Source: Bacteroidota bacterium (GTDB lineage: Bacteria; Bacteroidota; Bacteroidia; Bacteroidales; FEN-979). Taken from it: a DNA stretch of 64,000 nucleotides. Under the pieces are notes generated by a model, which searched no databases, was not told the origin of the DNA, and saw nothing but the letters and a program-made list of their open reading frames with translations. Where the stretch lies: NCBI GenBank assembly GCA_026391715.1, contig JAPLDO010000077.1:17736-81735 (forward strand), given 5' to 3'. Below are positions 30,349-37,658 of the stretch, piece after piece (position 1 is the first letter of the stretch; each line of letters opens with the position of its first letter). The position numbers and the translations under genes are program-made.

Positions 30349-30507
30349 TTATGTCATCCCTTCGGGATTCTGTTCCAACTCAATCTTTTCAATCTATTAT
30401 CATGTCATCCCTTCGGGATTTGTAGGATTTTTTTGTAAACCCCGAAGGGGTGACATGATTATAGAACGGATTGGAAAACCCGATATTGAACCCCGAAGGG
30501 GTGATAT
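30349..30507. repeat. nested inverted array of four 18-nt hairpin motifs (2 forward atgtcatcccttcgggat, 2 reverse accccgaaggggtgaca/t)
   Basis: Copies at 30349-30369, 30402-30420, 30439-30456 and 30490-30507. Each contains a ccc-ttcg-ggg or cccc-gaag-gggg mini-hairpin. The inner pair and the outer pair are mutually complementary. Confidence 0.8.
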
Positions 30508-30742
30508 TATTCTTCATACCATTAATCGCTATATGTGCACTTCTCGGCAACGTGACCTAACCAAATTTAAAATCCAGTACTTTTCATACCTCAAAAAAAC
30601 AGGGTTTTCGCCAAAACTATCCGGCTTTGGGTACTAACCCTGCGCTTAATCGACGCTGCACGAGCGCCATATTCGCCGCCGTTAATATGGCGGGCAGGGA
30701 CAATAATCTGTTCGATGGAAGCTATCCGGCTATTCCTTTGAG

Positions 30743-30875
30743 CTACGGGACGAAGGCGAGGCGGAAGCCGAGATTGTTGTTGCGGTTGTCGGGGGTGTTG
30801 TTGTTGCGGTTGCCCCGTCGGCAGTTGAACGCATTGTTGATCCACGAGCCGCCGCGATTCACGCGGTTCGAACCC
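30743..30875 (-). repeat. DGR template repeat (TR)
   Basis: 133 nt aligns without gaps to 32536-32668. All 17 mismatches are T on the + strand, i.e. A on the coding strand, in this copy. The in-frame reading is Asn-rich (AAC/AAT codons). Confidence 0.92.
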
Positions 30876-30879
30876 ACGA

Positions 30880-31875
30880 TTATTGCCCTATATTGCAAAG
30901 AACTTTTTTACGAAAATACAAACTATCGGCATGAAAAACAAAAGCGTTTAAAGCCAATGCATGATGTTGAAATTCGGATTGGGACCATATTCCGGTTTCT
31001 AATAAGCCGGTAAATTCTTTCATTTTATGTTGGTAGCGTTTCCTGCTTCGCGCTGCAAGGTGTGTTTTTTCGGGAAAAATCAAATATCCCACAAAAGTCA
31101 ACCCTTTGGAACACCGGTTTAAATCGGCTGTTTTTAAACACAACCCGAGTTGTTCTTCCAAAAATATTGTGATTTTTTTGCCTGTTTCTTTCAAAATATC
31201 TTTGTTGTTGTGCCAGATAATAAAATCATCCGTATACCGGATATAGGCAGGCGAATGTAATTGGCTTGTAACATAATGGTCGAGCAATCCCAAATAATGG
31301 TTGGCAAAATACTGGCTTGTAAGGTTTCCAATTGGCACGCCTTGTCCGGTTTTGGTATGATAGGAATTGATTATTCTGTCGAAAATACCGAGCAGAACTT
31401 CATCTTTGAATTTCCGCTCCAGCATTTTTTGAAGAATACAATGTGAAATGCTGTCAAAATATTTGCGAACATCAAATTTAAAATACCACTGGTATTCTTT
31501 TTGAAACCGCTTGGCGCGTTCCAGAGCTTTATAGGTTCCCTTTCCAATCCGGGTGGCATAACTGTCGAATATCTGATATTTCTCGAAACATGGATGACAA
31601 ACATTCATCAAAGCATGATGCAGAACCCGTTCATTAAAATCGGCCGCGCAAATCTGCCTTTCCTTTGGGTCGTAAATGGTAAAATAATGGTAGTTGCCAA
31701 CGGAAACATTTCCGGTTATTATCTGGCGTTGAAGAATGGTTAAATTTTCATCCAGGTTTTTACTATATTCTACCACCGTAGGCTGATGTTCTTTGCCTTT
31801 TTTTGCTTTGAAATATGCCAGGTACAGATTATCAAAACAGGATATCTGTGGGATCAGGTTTCCCGCTCGTTTCAT
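30880..31875 (-). CDS. DGR reverse transcriptase
   Basis: 331 aa. RT motif 4 IGNLTSQYFAN (the DGR-typical SQ signature) and catalytic YTDD. Small, with no maturase or endonuclease domains. TR is immediately downstream. Confidence 0.92.
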   Translation of the reverse strand: MKRAGNLIPQISCFDNLYLAYFKAKKGKEHQPTVVEYSKNLDENLTILQRQIITGNVSVGNYHYFTIYDPKERQICAADFNERVLHHALMNVCHPCFEKYQIFDSYATRIGKGTYKALERAKRFQKEYQWYFKFDVRKYFDSISHCILQKMLERKFKDEVLLGIFDRIINSYHTKTGQGVPIGNLTSQYFANHYLGLLDHYVTSQLHSPAYIRYTDDFIIWHNNKDILKETGKKITIFLEEQLGLCLKTADLNRCSKGLTFVGYLIFPEKTHLAARSRKRYQHKMKEFTGLLETGIWSQSEFQHHALALNAFVFHADSLYFRKKVLCNIGQ

Positions 31876-32314
31876 TCATTTCAGCGTTAAATATTTTTAT
31901 AATTGTCGCTCCGTATTTATCTGTTTTTTTATCGCCGACGCCTTTAATGCTTTTTAGTTTGTTTATGGTTAGTTCCGGGAGTTTCGCCATTTCGGCAAGT
32001 TCGGCGTCGGTAAAAACAACATACGCCGATACGCTATCGTCAAAAGCAATTTTCTTTCGTATCTCGCGTAGCTTTGAAAACCTGGCAAAAACTTCGGGTT
32101 CAAGTACTTTCATATAATCAATTCTTTCTTTTGTTGCATATTCAGGTATATTGGTTAAAATATAGCTGATATAAATGCACCAATAAACGCCATTAGGAGT
32201 TTGAATCAATTGTTTCTCGATCTCTACAACTTTGTTTGACCGTAAAAAAGTGTTCAGTTCGTCGTTGTAATCATTTACCGAAGTAATCGGAATAGTAAAA
32301 AACCTGATTTGCAT
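31832..32314 (-). CDS. DGR accessory protein with C-terminal HRDC-like domain
   Basis: 160 aa. The C-terminal half (VFTDAELAEMAKLPELTINKLKSIKGVGDKKTDKYG) is HRDC/helix-hairpin-helix-like. It lies between target and RT and overlaps the RT start by 44 nt. Confidence 0.7.
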   Translation of the reverse strand: MQIRFFTIPITSVNDYNDELNTFLRSNKVVEIEKQLIQTPNGVYWCIYISYILTNIPEYATKERIDYMKVLEPEVFARFSKLREIRKKIAFDDSVSAYVVFTDAELAEMAKLPELTINKLKSIKGVGDKKTDKYGATIIKIFNAEMNETSGKPDPTDILF

Positions 32315-32535
32315 AAAGCATCAAAATTATTTGTGTAAAATATCAATTGAAAAATTCTCTCTGTGTATTCTTGTGCAACTCGGTGAAAAAAAATTTTCCG
32401 CCTACGTCGGGTTTTTAGTTCGTAAACCCTAAAAAAACACGCTTCACTCGGCTACCGCCTCGTTTCGCTTTGTTTTTTTTGGATTTACTCACCGCCCCTG
32501 TGCTCAAAGGAATAGCCGAATAGCATGCCACCGAA

Positions 32536-32668
32536 CTACGGGACGAAGGCGAGGCGGAAGCCGAGAGAGTCGTCGCGGTTGCCGGGGGTGCTGTTGATGC
32601 GGTCGCCCCGACGGCAGTAGAACGCATCGTAGAGCCACGAGCCGCCGCGAACCACGCGGCGCGAACCC
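32536..32668 (-). repeat. DGR variable repeat (VR) at the 3' end of the target gene
   Basis: See the TR entry. VR encodes GGSWLYDAFYCRRGDRINSTPGNRDDSLGFRLAFVP; TR encodes GGSWINNAFNCRRGNRNNNTPDNRNNNLGFRLAFVP. Confidence 0.92.
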
Positions 32669-33345
32669 GAATCTGCGCCAACCGGGTTTTCCGTCTTTCT
32701 TTTGTCGTATTTGCCATACCAGTCCCAGCGCCATTCCCAAACGTTCCCGCTCATGTCGTACAAGCCAAACGCATTCGGGAATTTTAACCCCACGGGTTTG
32801 GTTTCATATTTATTGTTTTTGTCGTACCAGCCAACGAGGTCGAGGTGGGAACTGCCGGCGTATTGGTTTTTTTTCAAATTCGACGGGTTTTGAAAACCCG
32901 TCGGATTTGAAGCATACTCCCCTTCCGCCTCGGTTGGCAGGCGAAAACCGGAAGCGGCAGGGTTAAGTTTAAACTTGTCAAGGTCCTTTTCCGACAGGTT
33001 ATCTAATTTTAAAAGATCCGAACCCCTGACCAACCCCAAACGTTCTAATTCACGGTTCAGGATTCCGCAAAACTTAACGGAATCGTACCACGAAACCTGT
33101 TCAACCGGATGTTGGTCGCCTTTAAAATTTGACGGATCGTTGCCTGCAACCTCTTTATAAAACTCCTGCGTTACCGGGAATTGCGCCATGCAAAAGGAGT
33201 TTACTTTTACTGTTTGGCCATCTTCACGTTGAAATGAGCCGCCGGGGATTGATACGAGGTTAACCGTTAACTGTTTGTCGGGTGACTGATTTTGAAAATT
33301 CAATTGATACCCGGTATCGGTTTGCTTTAGTTCTATTGGTTTCAT
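32536..33345 (-). CDS. DGR variable target protein, FGE-sulfatase / C-type-lectin fold, no signal peptide
   Basis: 269 aa with FGE-type motifs (HPVEQVSWYD, GLYDMSGNVWEW, RVVRGGSW). The C-terminal 44 codons are the VR. The N-terminus is hydrophilic. Confidence 0.9.
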   Translation of the reverse strand: MKPIELKQTDTGYQLNFQNQSPDKQLTVNLVSIPGGSFQREDGQTVKVNSFCMAQFPVTQEFYKEVAGNDPSNFKGDQHPVEQVSWYDSVKFCGILNRELERLGLVRGSDLLKLDNLSEKDLDKFKLNPAASGFRLPTEAEGEYASNPTGFQNPSNLKKNQYAGSSHLDLVGWYDKNNKYETKPVGLKFPNAFGLYDMSGNVWEWRWDWYGKYDKRKTENPVGADSGSRRVVRGGSWLYDAFYCRRGDRINSTPGNRDDSLGFRLAFVP

Positions 33346-33440
33346 GCCAATGGTTTTATTTACGACTGAATGAAATAAGATTTATCCGGTATTATCTGAT
33401 GCTCCGGGCGCCTTATGAAGAACAAATATACTAGAAAAAA

Positions 33441-33523
33441 TTCCAGGTTCAAGGTTCCAGGTTCAAGGTTCAAGGTTGCAGGTTCAAGGTTCAAGGTTCC
33501 AAATTCCAGGTTCCAGGTTCCAG
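33441..33523. repeat. heptanucleotide tandem repeat (TTC[A/C]AGG) about 12 units, with 3 inverted units at 33584-33604
   Basis: Counted directly. It lies 96-180 nt upstream of the DGR target start codon, in a divergent intergenic region. Confidence 0.9.
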
Positions 33524-33764
33524 CGAAAAGAGATCGAGTCAAGATTGAACAAGACGTGAAAGCAAGGATTTGAAATTTGAGACCTGGAATTTGGAATTTG
33601 GAACTTGTAATCAAAATGTCTTAATTTTGAACGTTTGTATTATAACATATAACATATTATGACCTATAACCCAAAAACCAACGATGAACTCATTCAAGAG
33701 GTTGAAAGACCCTGTTCTTTATCGAGTTTTCAAGAAACGAGTCCAACCAAACTGAATACCCAAT

Positions 33765-34350
33765 ATGAAGATCTCCTTTTTCCCTCTGCAATTCATGATC
33801 CTTTACATCCTGTTTTCGGCAACGTTTGCAAATGCACAGACGGATCGGAAATATATGCCCGACAAACCGGGTGTATCGAAGATTCAAAGCAATCTGGAGA
33901 ATCTCACCGGGAGCGAAAAGGTCAGCTATGAAAATAACCTTTCAAAAACAGCCGGTTGGTTTCTAACCGATAACGCCTTACTGGCAAAACCAAAGGGGTT
34001 CGATATGCTGGTGTGGTACTTTGGAATGTATGATGAAAACTATAAGCGCCGCGAATGCAATTGACGAAATGACCCCTGAAATTCTGAATGCTCCGGCTTA
34101 TGAAGGCGGCGATCCGATCATCGAAGTTACCGCCGCGACTGATGGTTTCCCGATCATGCGGTTCAACAAGGATTACTGGGATCGTTCCCTGCCAAAAACC
34201 GCCATTCAGTTTATGACCATGAAATATCAACCAATAAGTGAGGAAGAGATGCGGGAGCATGTCGCCAATAATGGCTATCCTGATTATACCACCCTTTCGC
34301 GGGATGCAATCAACTTTGGCGATCTTGGCGGGTTGATTGAAAAAAAGTAA
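33765..34350 (+). pseudogene. small secreted protein, apparently split by a frameshift near 34040-34060
   Basis: ORF 33765..34064 has a signal peptide (FMILYILFSATFANA). ORF 34021..34350 continues in another frame with no convincing start of its own. This may be a sequencing error or two real genes. Confidence 0.3.
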
Positions 34351-34373
34351 ATCACTATGAGAAAAATTTTCAC

Positions 34374-34808
34374 CTATCTCATCATATAAGGCATAAAGGT
34401 AGCATCATCCTTTAAATACTTGCATAAGGATTTCCATATTGCCGGATGCGGCATGGCGTCAGGATGAAGGCGCTTCACCTCTATATACGCTTCTTTCAAA
34501 CTGATCTGCTCAACCGAACTGAGGGCAGCGATGGCAAAAGTGGCGGAACGGCTGATCCCGGCGCCACAGGCAACAAGGATGTTCAGTCCAGATTCTTTAT
34601 TGGACATGATAAAGTCCAGCCCCCTGTGAAAATGCCGGTACGGAGTTGGTTGACCATCCTCCTGGTCAATAAATAGTGACACGATTCCTGGGCGGTCAAC
34701 CAATTCGGCAAACTGGAGCATGGCGCCAATCTGGTGGAATTGAAGCAAGGTAAGATTTGTGGTGTCGCGATATTTCCCGATGTAAAGCCAGGGGCGGATT
34801 TGATTCAT
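34374..34808 (-). CDS. dual-specificity / protein-tyrosine phosphatase family protein
   Basis: CX5R P-loop in LVACGAGISRSAT; 144 aa. Confidence 0.75.
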   Translation of the reverse strand: MNQIRPWLYIGKYRDTTNLTLLQFHQIGAMLQFAELVDRPGIVSLFIDQEDGQPTPYRHFHRGLDFIMSNKESGLNILVACGAGISRSATFAIAALSSVEQISLKEAYIEVKRLHPDAMPHPAIWKSLCKYLKDDATFMPYMMR

Positions 34809-34820
34809 GTTACAATATAT

Positions 34821-37235
34821 TTAACGTTCCAGTATTGCCGACCATGCCGCTGATTCATCGTGTGCCGATGAAATGTCAACAGTAACAAACAAATACTCCT
34901 TCGTTCCAGAATTTGAATAACCCATTATTTCGTATTTGTTCGTTGCAAATCCGCCGTTGGGAAGGTTGGCGTTATCATTGTTTTCACCGCCATAGTATCC
35001 TTTATAGAATCCGATAAATGCTGCGAATCCTGAACCATTGACAAGTGTAATTATTGGTCTGCTTACAGGTGTTGCAGGCGTGAAAGTGTAGGTGTGCGCG
35101 GCACAAGAGCCAAATGCGGCGCCATTGCCGCTTGCGGCAATCAAGGCATCTGACCAGCATCCGTTTGGCGTGCCCATGTAGCCATCGTTTCGGGCGCTGC
35201 CACTTGTTTCATAAGAGAATCCGCCGCCAGCGCTGAATGTGAATTCATCATCTGGCATGCACGACCAGTCGTCAGCGCCTGATCCTCCACCGGTAAAAAA
35301 GCTCTTGGGTACATACCACCAGTTACTCATGCCCATGCCTGACCCGACGAAGACAGTTTTATCCTCCACTTTCACTCTCCAGGGGGTTCCTTGCAACATG
35401 GCATTGGTAAGTGTTGAAAGGTCTATGCCCATGAAAATAAGCGATGATATCGTATTGACGCCATAAGGATTGGTCGCAGTTAAAGTTACATTATAACAAC
35501 CCTGAACAGCATAGGTGTGAATAGGGTTCATTTCAACGGAAGTTCCGCCATCTCCGAAGTCCCACAGGTAAGAAACTGCATCAGTTGAAGTGTTGAAAAA
35601 ATTTACGACCAGACCGTTCAAGCTATATGTAAAACCGGCGAACGGCAAGTTCCCCGGTATGGGAGGCTCTTGGGACGGATCGTCGTAATGCATCAGAACA
35701 AACCTCCAATATCCTCCTGTTTGTAAAGGATCCCATTTGTAAACGCCTTCAATAATAAGGGTGTCAACAGCGCCATCCGTAAGTTTTACGATATTGTAAG
35801 TCACCGAGTCCAGCGGGACTAATGTTTCAGCGCCATTCCCTAATTTGTAAAAGCCGATATAAGCGCCTTTGCCAACTGCCTTCAGGGTAGGAGCGGAACC
35901 GGCTGCCAGAACAAAAGTGTGATTTCCATTGCCCCATGCCGAGAGATCGTCCCCGTTAATCCCTATCATCGGAAAAGAAGTTGAAGCACAAACATTAGAC
36001 TGAATAAAAACTCCTGTTTCGGACCAGTAATCTCCTTTGGCGTCGAAAGTGAGAGAGTTGTCAAGTGCGAAAGTCCACTCATCGTTTAACATACATGGCC
36101 GATTTGCAAGTTCGTTATTGTTCAAACCTGTAGCCCACCAAATCATTGAATGATCCTCGGGACCTACTTCCAGCGGATATCGTCCGGTAGCTGTGCTTCG
36201 AAGCAGCTTCCATGTTTTGGAAGAAACGCCAGTTAGTCTGTTCAAGTCGGAGAATGTTGTAAAAGCAACCTGATTTCCGTAAGCGGTTCCAACACTGTTT
36301 GTCGCAAAGGCACGGACGTAATACGTTGATGCTTCGGTAAGATCGGTAATGGTATCGCTAAAAAAACCAGTTCCTGAACCAATGGATAGATGTGGATCCG
36401 CCAATGTTGGATCTGGCAGGGCGCTCCAGCAAATGCCGCGGGTTGTAACCGGAGCCCCGCCATCGGAAGTTACCTCGCCACCCGCAGAAGCATACGTGTA
36501 GGATATGTTCGAGATTGTGGAAGTTGAAATTGATGGTATTGCCGGGATATTCTTCAACTCAAAGGTGTATATCGTATCCTTAACAGGACTGTCATTGATG
36601 GATTTTTCGTAATACCCACTTTTAATGGATTTCATAAATAGCTGATCTCCCAATCGGAAAGAAAATCCCGAAACATCAAGATTCGATTTTAACTGGTTAT
36701 AGTCAGTTCCCAGATAGATGATCCTGTTTTCTCCTGTTCCGTTGCCCGCGTTTATCAGAGTTACTGATTTTTCAGTATGTCCAAGATTGACATTCAATAG
36801 TAATAATCCTGTTACCGCCGCTTTGATTTCAAACTTATGTAACCCGGCTTTATGATCATTCTTGTAGGCGGCAATCACTTTACCCTGCAAATCCATCAGC
36901 GCCAATTGCAATACACCTGACTGATTCGTCGCAATCCGTATCAACGTTTTTCCTGTAAATGGATTTGGAACGGGTGGGAGAATTGCAAAAGTTTCTGATC
37001 CATGAAAAGCATGACCCTCTATTCCCAATGGGATTGTTAGAATGATGGAAGGTGAAGCCCCGGATATTGTCGTATCGCATCCGGCTGTAAGATTTTTAAT
37101 ATAGATGCTTTCCAGCGGTAAATTGACTTGCGTAAGAGAATCTACACCACGAAATGTAAGTGTAATCTTGCTGATCTGACCAATTCCAGTCAAAGAAATA
37201 GCCATCAAAATGAACCATAAACTGATTGTTTTCAT
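34821..37235 (-). CDS. large secreted protein with a PKD domain and an N-proximal T9SS-sorting-domain-like module
   Basis: Signal peptide. PKD signature YLWDFGDGGTSVEMNPIHTYAVQGCYNVTLTATNPYG. Residues about 86-161 resemble a Por secretion tail. Confidence 0.7.
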   Translation of the reverse strand: MKTISLWFILMAISLTGIGQISKITLTFRGVDSLTQVNLPLESIYIKNLTAGCDTTISGASPSIILTIPLGIEGHAFHGSETFAILPPVPNPFTGKTLIRIATNQSGVLQLALMDLQGKVIAAYKNDHKAGLHKFEIKAAVTGLLLLNVNLGHTEKSVTLINAGNGTGENRIIYLGTDYNQLKSNLDVSGFSFRLGDQLFMKSIKSGYYEKSINDSPVKDTIYTFELKNIPAIPSISTSTISNISYTYASAGGEVTSDGGAPVTTRGICWSALPDPTLADPHLSIGSGTGFFSDTITDLTEASTYYVRAFATNSVGTAYGNQVAFTTFSDLNRLTGVSSKTWKLLRSTATGRYPLEVGPEDHSMIWWATGLNNNELANRPCMLNDEWTFALDNSLTFDAKGDYWSETGVFIQSNVCASTSFPMIGINGDDLSAWGNGNHTFVLAAGSAPTLKAVGKGAYIGFYKLGNGAETLVPLDSVTYNIVKLTDGAVDTLIIEGVYKWDPLQTGGYWRFVLMHYDDPSQEPPIPGNLPFAGFTYSLNGLVVNFFNTSTDAVSYLWDFGDGGTSVEMNPIHTYAVQGCYNVTLTATNPYGVNTISSLIFMGIDLSTLTNAMLQGTPWRVKVEDKTVFVGSGMGMSNWWYVPKSFFTGGGSGADDWSCMPDDEFTFSAGGGFSYETSGSARNDGYMGTPNGCWSDALIAASGNGAAFGSCAAHTYTFTPATPVSRPIITLVNGSGFAAFIGFYKGYYGGENNDNANLPNGGFATNKYEIMGYSNSGTKEYLFVTVDISSAHDESAAWSAILER

Positions 37236-37658
37236 AAGCGCTGGGTTTTAAACTACTTTGTCAAGTTGACTCATAAATTAATAAAACGAAAATAATAATT
37301 TTTTTACTTTGCGCGACTTTGCGGTTAAAAAATGACTACTGATACAGCCTCTTGGGTGGCGTCATGTCACCTGATTGTTGAATGACAAAAGTAATGTATT
37401 GATTTGAAGATAACAGTTCAACATTCACCAATCCTCCGTTTTCGATGATAAAACTCTGTTTTAGCATGGGCAAAATGTCATTTTCACCGGATTATCTTAG
37501 GTTTCTTCATGGCATGTTAAAATATTAGTGTTTAGATTTGCCATGATGAAACAAATCTTTTGATGTCGCTCAAAAAATAATGGCGCGAAAAAATATCTGT
37601 TCAAACCGTTAGGTTGATAATATTCTTATGCTAACCTGTTGCCTGATACATTTAAACC

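Noticed and set aside
30323-30637. 104-aa + strand ORF with repeated VIPSGF and PRRGD peptides
   Set aside because: The peptide repeats are just translations of the forward and inverted hairpin motifs. The ORF lies in an intergenic region and has no coding-like features.
30591-30845. 84-aa ORF over the TR, and the ORFs 32415..32717 and 32504..32740 over the VR (Q/P/R-rich translations)
   Set aside because: They are out-of-frame readings of the TR and VR. The real frame is that of the FGE-type target gene, and the TR itself is non-coding template.
30880-31875. Small stand-alone reverse transcriptase that might have been a retron or Abi-type defense RT
   Set aside because: The TR/VR pair with adenine-only differences, the IGNLTSQ motif and the HRDC accessory gene identify it as a DGR RT. 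No msr/msd-like structure is needed to explain it.
33360-33614. 84-aa minus-strand ORF, and the possibility that the heptamer arrays (also 3217-3292 and 30349-30507) are CRISPR arrays
   Set aside because: The units are 7 or 18 nt with no unique spacers of 25-40 nt and no cas genes. The ORF is a translation of the tandem repeat (NLEPGTLNLE...).
33659-33931. 90-aa + ORF starting 23 nt after a TAATTTTG box
   Set aside because: It overlaps the signal-peptide ORF 33765..34064 in another frame and has a hydrophilic, unremarkable sequence. I could not decide in its favour. The promoter-like box may serve the 33765 ORF.
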